Part shown: in pieces, positions 36,924-49,129 of the stretch
Layout: the number at the start of each line of letters is the position of its first letter
How positions within the stretch are numbered: the first letter of the stretch is position 1
Origin: Tubulanus polymorphus
Lineage: Eukaryota; Animalia; Nemertea
Assembly (NCBI RefSeq): GCF_964204645.1
Contig: NC_134025.1
Coordinates: forward strand, 4,836,001 to 4,900,000
Direction of reading: 5' to 3'
Length of the DNA stretch: 64,000 nt
Notes under the pieces: model-generated
Seen by the model: the letters and a program-made list of their open reading frames with translations, nothing else
Database searches by the model: none
Told to the model about the DNA's origin: nothing
Made by a program: the position numbers and the translations under genes

Positions 36924-38295
36924 TTACTTAAACGTCTTTCCTAGATGAAATAAATCAATTGTTTTATCACAGACTCTCACCGTCCCAGAATGATTCGTTT
37001 TTTTGTAGATTATGCAGTCACATAAAATTCCTAATGATCCTCGTGATATTCCTCCCGCTTGAAATGAGCGAGCGTCGAGCGGTCAACCGTTTATACATCG
37101 TAAAATTTCACCATGTTGTTGCAATACGTTGCATCAGATTCTGAATCTGCCAGAATGTTCTAGTGTGCCGCGCCTCCTCCGCATTGAAATGATGCGCTCC
37201 CAGTAATAGATATTGCTAAACAGAGATACATACATACAGTGACCGATTTGTACTTCGATAACGAGAGAAATCCCACAATAAATTCAGCCAAAACTTTGTA
37301 CTTCGATACTTTCAAGGAGGCACGAATAGAGAAATAAACGATTGATATCTTGTTTCGATTGTTTGAGTTGAATATATTGTTGAATCAACAATGAAAGCTA
37401 GTCTGGAATTTTCAATTGCAGAAGCTGACCATTTTTTCCAAAGGAGGAAGCCATCTGCGATACAGTAACGAACAGTACATGTTCAGATGCGTACCGTGTT
37501 TACGAACAGCATGCGTTCTGCGAACAAGATCTTGCGTAAAACAATTCGCGCTCGAAACCTCACCTCCGAAAATAGCTACTAAGAGCCTATCAGAGACCCA
37601 TCAAAACCCTCTAGTGGTCCTTTCGTCTCAGAAGGTCAGAAGCAAAAGAACTGTGTTACCCGTTTCAGACATATTTTGGAACCAAAACAAAGCGCCTCTT
37701 AAAAACACCAGTGCAGCGGTCAAGGACATACGTATGGACAACAATCTCTTCGAGTTGTTTCATGAAAATTTTGTGACTCAAAATGCGTAAACCGATGGTT
37801 TGGCTGGGAATCTCATGAATAGGAGTATTTAGCCCCAGTAATTCCAGTTGCGAGCAATGCACGCTAGTAATAGGCTATTTTGAAAAAAAGAGTTCCGGTG
37901 ACTACAGTTAGGAAATCTGTCGAACCTATACTAAGGTCTACAAGGAAAGATTTTCCTTCGCGACAAATGATGAATCATCCGCTAAACCGAAAATAGCTTT
38001 GATTGAATCGAGTCCGGCATTAGAAATCTTGCGAACGAACGTAATCAATCTTCTTCAATCAGAGCGGTGTCCCTTAATCAGAAAGCGTGGGTAAATTTCA
38101 TCCAGTGGAATAGGCATTCCTTCAGTTTCTTATTTCATGTTTCATGATGTCAAAAATAATCGTCGACATTTTTGTTTTGACATTGAAATCTTCCAATTGT
38201 AGAAAACAAATTTGGTTAAGATTGATCACCAATTTATTCATATTGTTTTTAACAACTTTGTTGGTTTAAATGCACTGTGTCCTTTTCAATTTTAT

Positions 38296-40614
38296 TCACG
38301 AGTTTATTGCAGATGTGGATTCTTTCGTCGTCTTTTTGGCATCATGTTGCTTTTTAACTGCCTGCCGAATTCCCTCACCTATTTTGCTGATAAGAAATTC
38401 GAAAACGATTTTCCAAGCTTTCTCAATTTCATCGGTATAGCAGTCTTGTAATATTTCTTTGAAGGCAAATCGCACTGCAGGCCACATTCTCTGGAAATAC
38501 ATAGAAGTTTTTATTGCATTACCCACAATCGATACCCATGGTATTGCCATTTAATGGTATTGCCTTTTAATGAAAACCATGATGCACAATCACAGAGATT
38601 ATGCAGTATTTTTGCCGTTTAAATGACCAGTTTTCCCGGTGTCTAAAAACTTAAATACTCACTGGGAGCATGTGCTCTTTGACGTGATGTTGTGCATGTT
38701 TTTCACCTATTGCGATCAAGACATTAGTTAAGAATAAGGAATCTTCCAGGCTTTCGACTGCAGCACCCAGAGACTGCATGACTATCAACGAATGCTGGGA
38801 TAACTTCTCCTCGTCCACGTCGCTTTCATCATAAATTTTGTTAGTCGTTAGAATGCTCTTAAAGACACGGAGCAAATCTCGATCGAGTTGAAATAGCCTG
38901 GAATATATTTGTGAGAGAGAAAATGAACACGATGAAATTAAAAACAAATCGTTTATCGAAATAGGTACGTCTGTACTAATCATAATGTATTAATAATGTG
39001 CTTATACTCCTTACTTGTACTACTATATATAATGCTTTAATCAATCGTCTATTTCTCGAAGATTTTAAATCCTGTGCGTTATAGAAATAGTTTGAGGATA
39101 TAGAAATACAGTAAAATGATATGCGTATTCTAATAATTCAATATATTTAAGAGTTCAAAGTGTTTTTGATACTCAGGGCAGACAGACACTTGATCGAAAT
39201 CATACTTCCTAGAGAGAGAGAGAGAGAGAGAGATGAAATAGCACAGTGAAAATCAACAATGTTATCAGTATTACCATCATCATCTTATTTCTTTTTTAAT
39301 TTTAGATAAGTATTGATGCAAGATTATTTTCACAGACATACGACAATTACATAGTACGTACAATCACACGACATTTTAACAAAGTTAGTTATTTTGAGTT
39401 ATTTCGTCTAGATTGTTCCAAATTATGGGTCCTTTAATGCTCAAATATTGGTGTATATATATATATATATATACGTTTATATCGAGGAGCGTCTAGAGAT
39501 ATTCACAAGGGCACGACTGCCAAGAATCTGAATCCTTCCGATATACTATAGCTAAAATGAATTTCATCAAATCAATCGGCTGATTACCTAAATGACCTTA
39601 TATTTTCCAATAGATGTTGACTTAACGTACGCTTTGAACTGGATTCAATACATAATCTCTGCACCCCGTATAATTGATTTCGTTATTAATAAACACGAGC
39701 AAGGAAGGATATTCTATATTCGGTACTTCTATGATTGAAAACCGCTAGGTGAAGGCTGGAGCATATTTTTATATTTTGCCTCGGGGGATTTCGATTTTTG
39801 ATTCGGAAAAATATGCATACATATATATGCCTTAAAACACGGGTGGGGATTAAATCAGAGAATGAAATGATAGCTACAAATATTGTATTCATTCGTGTTA
39901 CAAATTCTAATTGGTGGGAATTAATGATGTATATATTTCGATTGCGCTAATTGATTCGCAGTGAAATTGAATGCTTCCACAAGTGAATTTCATTACAATT
40001 CATTTTATTCGCCGTTATCCATACCACATATTGTACCGGGCAAAATTAGTTTTGTAGGATTCAGACGAGAAAGCATTTATTTCAAGATTCGCAATTTTAT
40101 CAGCAGTTAAACGATTTCTTTTTGTAATTAGTGTTTCTTCGAATACACAACTTAGGTCCATATATAAGACCAGCATCAATGTCTGAAATCGTTAGTTTAT
40201 GTCAACTTCGAGGTATTCATCTCCTTGATGGAATTATCTTTGTCAATGCACACTGGTATGTGTTTCTGACATGATAATTGATTGATGATGGCAAAAAACT
40301 GGCAATATAAGATGTTTTTAAGTGGCGTTTGTGTCATTTTTCATTTAACATATTGAAAAAGAGGTTTGACAGATGTGGCTGCGTGGAAGAAAATCAATGT
40401 AGAATCAATTATATACGAACGTGCGTAATGAATGAAGTGACAGCGTTCAAAAAATTCGTGAAACTTACCTCATAAATATCATCATTCCATTATTCTGTAA
40501 GTTATCCGATACTATTTCCCATGACATTCGTATTAGGTCGATTTGTTTTTGATCCAAGTGAATGTGAATTTGTGAGCCTTCCAGACGAACTTGTTTGTGT
40601 GCGGCGCAACCCAT
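38296..40614 (-). CDS. Globin (globin X/neuroglobin-like, N-acylated), exons 40614-40469, 38897-38663, 38490-38296 (191 aa)
   Basis: MGCAAHK...LIRMSW...IFMR|LFQ...RVF(CD1)...SQH(E7)...EKH(F8)...AWKIVF; introns at phase 2 and phase 0, matching B12.2 and G7.0. Confidence 0.92.
39211..39233. repeat. (AG)n microsatellite
   Basis: agagagagagagagagagagaga. Confidence 0.9.
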
Positions 40615-42454
40615 TTTGACGATTCATCGACAGTTACACACAGAGCGGCGCACTCAGTTCAGGTATCATAACAAGCCTATGAGATACTACATTAATAGAA
40701 ACAACCAGCGAAACTCTTCAAAGTGGAAAAAACGATACATTCGAAGCCATCTTCTGCTGATAACAACGATGAAGTGATTCCGTGTCACGACCACTCCATA
40801 TTTTATCCGATTGAATTGTCTCATGTTACACGGCCATGCGTTGCATTTGGTTGTCGCTTTTACTTACTGTTGACCAAATTTGGATCGGCCTAGTTTACAA
40901 ACGAAAACGCGCAATGAATATCATTGGAAATAATAATAATAGTTAATTGGACTCTAATGACGTATCTTCCGCTCCAATTATTTCAACCATTGAAGCCTTA
41001 GACGAAAATAATTACCACAATTTCTGGAAATTTCAACTGAATACGCGTGACATGTCGCAACATATAAGGTATCATCGTTGAGGCTGTACGTACCTCCGGT
41101 AAAAATGAAAAGCTGATAATCCATGTAAAAACTTTCCTGTTACCTTGGCGACCATTCTCCCTAATTTGCTGCAAATGAATTCTGATCTGACAGACTGACT
41201 ATATCCTAATCACCCTCCCACTACAAATTTCATTCTCTTTGGAAAAAGATGAGGTTTTATAGAAATCATCATGAAACGACTTTCTAAAAATGGAAAATAT
41301 CATTTTGGAAAAGAATGCAGCTACATTCGACTTGCTGCGAGGTATTCTAAATTGAAGTTCATTGTATTTAGTCTTTGGAAGAGATGTCTATAGTCAGATT
41401 ATCGAGAACGCAAAAATTGTCGTCGATTGTGAAAAGAAATTAGAATTCTTGTTTTCAGTGAATTAAGATTGCTTTCGGTGTTTATGCGTGGCGAATGTGT
41501 GTATTACACGTCTATATTTATTCAATATTACCCAAACAACAATTTTCATCATAAAAGATATAGTGTTTTTCGCTTTAAGTCATATGCCCGAATCGAATAC
41601 CGGCAATCTAATTTTGAAAGTGATATCGACATTTTGCCTACGAAATTATATTCAATTCACCCAGCATCCTGGATGATTGAAAAATACATATTATATTTAT
41701 AGCCCGAGATGAGCATAAATAGATTTTTCTACTTCGACACGCGTGTATAAATAACAAAGAGCAAAAAATCTGATGACTTTCAAAACGCATATATAGACCG
41801 ACTAGGCTTTTCTCAATCGGTGTTTTTGCGCAAGGAGCTTAATACTGCTTATCACGGAGATAGAATTCACAGGCTTTGGGAATAACTGCCGTAATCACCG
41901 CAATATTCAATCGTGATTCTTTCCTTTGTGGCTGTTCGCATCCGGACTCAGGATCCTTTTAGCGGCGAAGAAATAACATGGGCGTGTAATAAATGTATCT
42001 CACAACAAACATTTCTGTGGAATTTCCCTCAAGAAAAAATACATAGCCAGAAGGGGATTCGATGAAAAACTGGAGTGGTTTCTTCACACATAGATTCACA
42101 GTCTGATTCGACATTTTTGCATTTTTTTTGTCATGAACGATAAGACACAACAAGCCACACCCGTAGTGAAATTGAAATATGAAACGTCGGATTAGATAAG
42201 CCCCTATCCAGAAATTAATCACAACATTCTAATTTTAGCAACTGGGGTTAAATTTCTAGCAGATGAATAGTAATTTTATTGGTATCGTATAGTTTAAACA
42301 CGTATGTTAATAATTCTCTGTTCATTCATGTTTTTCTAATAAGGTGTCTATCTGTAGCTACTTTGTGTGATAATCTACCAACATATGAATGAACTCAAGT
42401 TGACGTTGTCTATATTTATGGTTCTCGTCACGCTATGTCCTTGTTATGTACCTC

Positions 42455-43405
42455 TCAACCCGACAAAGTATATCGTTTTTGTTCATGGATATTCGCCACG
42501 TTTTCGGGTATTGTACATCGACTATTGAATGTTCTTTGCGACTTCAAAAAATTATAAATCTTCCAGTTCAAAGAGCCTTTATCGACAAATATAACTGTTT
42601 TGTCGTTACACATGGCACCGCGATGAATAACCCCGGTCAACTTGTCCGAATCCATAGGATCGCGAATTTCGTTCTGATATCTAGCGCATTCATCTGGTCC
42701 TATAACCTGCGTCGCATTTGGACCAATGTCCGGTAAACCGGGGGTAGGGTTTGGTTGTTTATTGAGTGATTGTTTGTTTTCTGGACAGTGTCTAGTATGT
42801 TCGAGATAACGTGTGGTTATTTCATGCAATCGTCGATCAATGGCTGATCCCTTGAGTAAATCGACCGAGGAGCTGCTCGTGTTGGGTGTACTACCAAGGC
42901 GTCTACTTAGTGGAGCACTAGCCCGTCTTTCGGTCAGCATCATTCGTCTTATTCCAGCACACATGGTACACATCACTGATGGTGAAAAGTCTTTTTCACC
43001 ATCTTCCGGCAGGAATTTCAAAGAGTTTTTACCATTCGATGGAACGTGTGATTGCAAGCGTGACAAGGAAGACCGAGGTTTTATCTCTTCGGTTTGTTGG
43101 CCATGCTCTGTTGTTATCTTCAGATTAAGACGACCAGCGTTTCTTTTTGCGGCCTTCATCTCGATTCGAAACTGTTTTTCGACGATCATTTTTGCGCGGT
43201 GAATTTCGTCGATTTCGATGTCGAGTTTCACCTGTTCTACGCGATTCATGTGGTGCGCTTTGTTCTCGTGTTCGGTCGAACTCGAGCCGATCAGCAGAGA
43301 ATACTTCCTCGATCTTTCCGTAGCCCCGGGCAGTTCATCGCCGCAAGGACTTTGAACCGCTGGCGCACTTCGGCACCTCCGTTGCTTTTTCCGGTAACTT
43401 GCCAT
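42455..43405 (-). CDS. Uncharacterised 316-aa basic protein with a predicted coiled-coil segment
   Basis: Long intact ORF in AT-rich DNA; helical EQVKLDIEIDEIHRAKMIVEKQFRIEMKAAK; no family recognised. Confidence 0.65.
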   Translation of the reverse strand: MASYRKKQRRCRSAPAVQSPCGDELPGATERSRKYSLLIGSSSTEHENKAHHMNRVEQVKLDIEIDEIHRAKMIVEKQFRIEMKAAKRNAGRLNLKITTEHGQQTEEIKPRSSLSRLQSHVPSNGKNSLKFLPEDGEKDFSPSVMCTMCAGIRRMMLTERRASAPLSRRLGSTPNTSSSSVDLLKGSAIDRRLHEITTRYLEHTRHCPENKQSLNKQPNPTPGLPDIGPNATQVIGPDECARYQNEIRDPMDSDKLTGVIHRGAMCNDKTVIFVDKGSLNWKIYNFLKSQRTFNSRCTIPENVANIHEQKRYTLSG

Positions 43406-44630
43406 AATTCCCCTTAAGCAATAACAGATTACCGATATAAATAGTTACGAATAACACTGGATCTAAACAGAATTTTTCGTACATACAAACACACACTTAC
43501 GACCAACAGCGAACTGAAATTTATATCCTCTTGATACAGAAATACCAATTCACAAATCTATAAAACGAATAAAGTTGTATTTATACGCAGTACTTTTTAT
43601 CAATGTTCTTAACAATAATCCACTCGCAATAATGGCCTCAATTCGTGCTTCAATCGTTTCTATTGGAATATGAGCAATGCGCTGAAAATTTTCAGGAAGC
43701 GAATTGATAAATATTTACACTTTACCTTCACCTATACTGAACCTTTTACTTTTGCTGTTTGTGTGTACGCATTAATTATTTGTTTCCTTACTTGTTTTCG
43801 GAATAACTCGAGTCTCGTTAACCGACCGGCGAAGAATACGTTTTAGATCTGTTTGCCATCGAGATTGCATTCACGGTAGATTTCCTTTTCAAAACCAGTA
43901 TCGCTAGCGAGGTAAAACGCAAACAAGTGTCGGCAGTACTGTGTGCATACTTACTACTTACAGGCAAATGAATATTTAATCGGTTGTGATTGATCAGTCA
44001 GATTTTCTGAGAAAACCAATGGTCATGTCTTTGAATCGTTGAAATTCCGGTCATCTTCTTCGATCTCTCTTTTATTGGCGTGTTTAGTGTCAAGATGTGA
44101 GAAAATGCTTATACGGATCTGGTCTTTGAGAGATGCACCGGTCAGACAGCACTTCTACCGATGTGTTAAAACCAAAAGACAATGCTAATTCATTAATCTT
44201 AAAGAAACCCTTTCGCAGGTAACAGAACTTATTTGGGTTGTTTGCACACGAACTCTGACGGATGATATTCATTGCAGTTCGTGGTCTGCACGATCAAGGT
44301 TGATTGAACGTTTTACATTAAATTTTCATGAACTCTTCTCCAATGCGATACGGTATCTAATCATCAGAATATTATACGCCATCTTTTACACAATGCCACA
44401 CTTACCGGATGTATATATGTTCCACAAAATCTGCTGGAAACTCTTTCTCGTTTTTCTCGTCAAAACATTGATTGCGCATTGATCACGATTATTACTGAAA
44501 AACGGCTGTTTTTACCTTACCGTCATTGACTTCCTCACTTGTTTTAGGTTAGTTGACCTTTCTTTTTAATGAAAAAGAACATTAATGCAATTTCTTGAAA
44601 ATCCAAACGAAGTTACTGGTTACTGGAATA

Positions 44631-44731
44631 CTGGGGCTGGTTTTATAGAGTGGTATTTACCTTGACCCGGGGATTAACTCTGAATTAGCCCGTGGGTTCT
44701 GTTAATACCAGTCGATGAAACTGGCCCCTAG
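44631..44731. mobile_element. MITE (~100 bp)
   Basis: TIRs ctggggctggttttatagagtggtattta / ttaataccagtcgatgaaactggcccctag. Confidence 0.7.
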
Positions 44732-45060
44732 AAATTTTTTTGACCTAACGTTTGTCTAGATAAGGCCGTAATCGCATAAAGCCCCATATATGCCATAAAA
44801 CACCGGATACTAACCGACAATTAGTTTACTGTAGACAACATTTTCTAATTTCGTTGATCCGGATACCGACACTATCCGTCCTCCATACGGAATCATCTGA
44901 CATGACGGAGATGTATACAGAGAGGCTGAAAGGGTTAATCTGAAGTAGCCACATTCCCGGTTAGAGTCACATACGGCTTTACAAGCAGGAATGTCATAAA
45001 TGTGGTAAGCCGATCCAAGTTTATCAAGTTCTAATTTACGTGGTATGTATCGATATCCAG

Positions 45061-45216
45061 ATACATCTAGAAAATAGAGAAGTCGATATGTTCATCAGCG
45101 AAATCAACAAACTTATAAATAGTGACAGAGATTCTTCGACGAATCTTAAAGAAATATTAAATTATTCTGATTTCGCACAAGACACACAGCACAGAGTTTT
45201 CATTGCCGTTTTGCAA
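45061..45216 (+). CDS. Candidate coding exon, possibly an upstream exon of the 49130-50809 gene
   Basis: tatccag|IHLENREVDMFISEINKL...VFIAVLQ|gtacgt; its phase-0 end is compatible with the phase-0 acceptor at 49130. Confidence 0.35.
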
Positions 45217-45939
45217 GTACGTAAATTATTACGTTCCGGGCAATAGGGGGCGTGTTATACTTACGTAGTTTATTCAACATGTATACTTTATACGAATACA
45301 GAAGAAACGGATAAGGTACTGTTTGATTTTTGTACGAAAGCAAGTTGCAAGACGTCGCAGTTTCAGTGGACCCATACACTCGTTGCTTATTGTCGTAGAA
45401 TATGGTTATCCTAACACAATCCGGCATCGAGTCGCAAGTCGTTCTTAATTGTGATATCGATGCTGTTGTATTCGGTACACGTCCACACCAGAAAAACCCA
45501 TATAAGTACGTGTAACCCGGGAGTCCTATGAAATACGTAATAAAGGATAGAAATGTGTACAGTTATTTGTTTGTCAGAAATGAATGTCAAATATCTCAAA
45601 GAATTCGCCGAACTTTGTGATAACGTGAAATATATTCGTTTATCGATACATTACGTTAGTTCAAGTACTATACACTCAATGGAGATCGAAACAAACGTGA
45701 TACACGATGATTTTATAATGTATCTGTTTTATATACAATAAACCTCACCCTAAACTTGGACAAACTGGGGCCGCCGCAAAATTGGTCCGAGGTAATCAAA
45801 GTTACGTAAGGATAGGAGTATACGTTAGGAAGTCAGAAAAACGATTTCGCTTTTGTTCGGGTTGTTAGTCAAAAGTCCGCGTTGGCCATGTCCGAGTAAG
45901 GCGATGTTAACTGTGGAAATGAAACACGTAAAAAGATGA

Positions 45940-48101
45940 CTAACTTAATCGGTCGTAAAAGAATATGGTGTCGTTTGACTGCGTAGTCACAGCGCATGTC
46001 GTATTTCGAGCGCGGCCGGTCAAATGGCCAGTAGTTTCGCTAGCGAACATAACAAATCCGGTGCAGTTTTCATCTACATCACAGGATGCCGCCAAGGAGG
46101 AAAAATTGGTTGCGGTAGTCGGCGGGAGTGTCATTTCATCTGCACACACTCCATTCCGTAAAAGGTAATCTCTGACTGAAGAAAAAAGGAAAAAATATGG
46201 CTCGTGACGACAAACAACAACGTCATGAACGAAAAATGAATTAACGATCGAATGCATCTGTTACGATGGCACGCGTACCATTCTTATCGTAAATGTAGTA
46301 ACCTTGTTCTTGTTTGCTCGGTTCGATACAGGTTGTCTCCAGTAAGTAACCATTAAAAAGTGATTCTGCACCTTGATCGTAGACTCCCGCAACAGTAAAA
46401 CCGACACAACTCGCATGCTTGTTGCATTGCGTTTTAAACCAATCAATATTCTTATTTTCGGTCTTTTTGGTCAAGTCGAAACAGTTAAAGTCCCTTCGTA
46501 AAATATATCCTTTGACATCTAAATGAAGAAAACGAAGAAACAAAGGAGACATCTTGAAGTTTATTTGGATATTTTGTGTTGGTCCCTCGTCGAAGACCTC
46601 GAGTCTCCTGAGATACAAATACATGCGAGGGTTAAACGCTTGAATAAACCATCCATTCAAAAGTTAAAGCTAATAAGAATATGCAGATTCCTGTTATCAT
46701 TCTCATTATATTAACGAATTGTTCTCAGTTTCATTAATCATAAACCTTTTAGAATTTCCTCGACTAATGGGAAATCCTTCCTTTGTCGTTCGAATACAAA
46801 TTGGAGCAAACCAATTTTTCTTTCGAAATGTGTGCTTAGATACCTTTTATTCAAACCCCAGAAAGCTTCCGCTTTTCATGCAATGAATTTATACGTTTAT
46901 GAAAACACTGAAGTTATTAATGGCTTAACGTCGGATTCCGTTTATCACAAGATGAATTGCCTTGTTTAAAAGCGGATGATCGCATCCATACCAGGTAGTC
47001 AGCTAGCTATATTGATGGAATTTATGAAACTGCTGAGTGTCAAGGAAACATTCTAATCTGTTATTCGTGTTTACATTCACACAACATCATGGTCCGCTTT
47101 CTTCTTGTAAAAAAAAGAGTTTTTACCGAGCCGTGGTTAGGAAATGAAATTGCGACGCAGTTTTATTACTAACACGCCTAATAATATTCCGGCGTCTTCC
47201 GGTCGCGTTGAGACTCACAAAAACTAGTGAAAAATTCTCGCCGAATATTTATTTTATGCGGCCATATTCATTTCATCAAATATGGTCGCATAAAAAAGCG
47301 AATGCGAATCAAGTCAACCGAATATTAATGGAACGAGGTTCCTGTCTGTAGTTACGGGGGGGGGGAATCCAACCGCGCACGTTATTTGACGGTCGCTTTT
47401 TAGTGAAATCTAGTTGATTTCATATTGAATAATGTTTTTATAGATGATTTAAGATGCGGCGCCGGTGAAATATCGATTATTCACCATAAGACACTTCACC
47501 GCAAGAAATCATTTCTCCAGAACGTCATTTATCAGCAATAAATTGGCGCGTTGTCATCGCCGCTGATTTGGCGACGCCATAATATGTAGCCGCGTAGAAT
47601 TTCCAGTATTCCGGCGACGATGCTCTAGAAAACCGACAACTTACCTAGTAATCTACCTAAAACTAAATCGAACAATTATACATGATACTGATTTCTAAAT
47701 GCATTGAATTTGCTTCACGGTTTTTGAACTGCACGTGAAGCTAAATACCGTGTGTGAAAATAAGATGAAAATGATTCACATTATCAGCAACAGCAGCCAG
47801 TATCTTCTAGATGAATATATAGTGAAGTTAATGATTTATCAAAAGTATATATGTAATATTCAAATCTTGTAAACTAGATTTTTACCGCTCGTAGTTGCTC
47901 ACGTTTGAGAAAAGAGTTTATCATATTTTTTCTTAATAATGAATACTTGAAACTTTTCAAATTGAGAACCTACGAAATGATGAAATGAGTTGGATAATAA
48001 ATTTCTTTACCTGGAACCGAATTTCGTTGAGGAAATTGTATAATAAACGTTAATACCAAGAAAAATCTCTTACAAGTCAGCCAGTAGGTAGAGAGCACCA
48101 T
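45940..48101 (-). CDS. Secreted protein with two PAN/apple-like modules; exons 48101-48011, 46518-46279, 46175-45940 (~188 aa)
   Basis: Signal-like MVLSTYWLTCKRFFLVLTFIIQF; module 1 GYILRRDFNC...QCNKHASCVGF...TTC...YIYDK; module 2 DYLLRNGVC...SCDVDENCTGF...TTC...FFYDR; all junctions phase 1. First-exon link is inferred. Confidence 0.6.
47252..47295. repeat. 17-bp-stem hairpin
   Basis: ttttatgcggccatatt / aatatggtcgcataaaa. Confidence 0.7.
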
Positions 48102-49129
48102 ATTCATATATCCGACTAGGCTGCGTGCATCCTGTCTCATGGACGACCGAATAATCGCAAACTACACGTTGCCACTAGCACGTGATTCAAGAAATCGAAC
48201 CAAAGATTTCTACGTCCACATAGAAATCGCTAGGTGTTTCAATTCAAGTAACCACTTAGGTGGTGGGACTCGGCTTGTCATAGCAGATACGGCATAATGT
48301 GACAAATACGGCTTCATTATTTGTCCGGCACTAGCGTAGCGAACTCCGACTTAAAATAAATCTAGTTTTAACGTAATTGATCTTTCAAAAACTATACTGA
48401 CAACCTAAACCACATTTTTAACACATGATCGGCGGGCATCTCATTCAGGTCAAACATTATAAATACCCGAGATGTAGATTTTGAAATCTCATTCAATGCA
48501 TTCAATCGATATGTTATATATAATGTATTTTCTATCAAAACCTGTAAATTTGGCTTTTGATGCATGATACATGATACATGATCTTCTAAACAAATTGGAC
48601 TTATCAACTTTGAATTCAACACGATTTTGAACTCGATATCTCGACTTCTTTTTTTGAATCGTTATTTCGACTCAATGTTCTTCCGTACTGTAAATATACA
48701 CGCGGTCGTATTACATGAATGCCGAACCAGTACTTATTATCTACAGGCAATATATTCATGCGAATACTTGAAACGCTTCTGTGATTTCTAATAAAACCTA
48801 GTTACAATATAATTCCCAATACAGTAAATGGCTCTGTTTGTATATGTCCGCCTTGCAGTATTAGTGACTGTTTAAATCTCGTTTCTATGTCGGCATGCGA
48901 GTATGAATAAGTGAAGTAGATAAGTAAGTTAAATAGCATTTTTCCCTTTTTTACTAATGTTTCGAGCTCGTGTTTTCTGAAAATGAATAACTGTTATAGT
49001 TTTAACACAAATCTGATATATTTGAAGCGCTGCATCGATGTTCATAGTTCAGTTATGTACGTACGTACGATCTATTGGTGTGATATTTGGTAAATTGTGT
49101 TGTAATCATCGTCTTCATATAAATTTCAG

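Noticed and set aside
45828-45910. Extra terminal exon for the two-module PAN-like gene
   Set aside because: Would need a 34-nt intron, much shorter than other introns here; stop at 45940 preferred.
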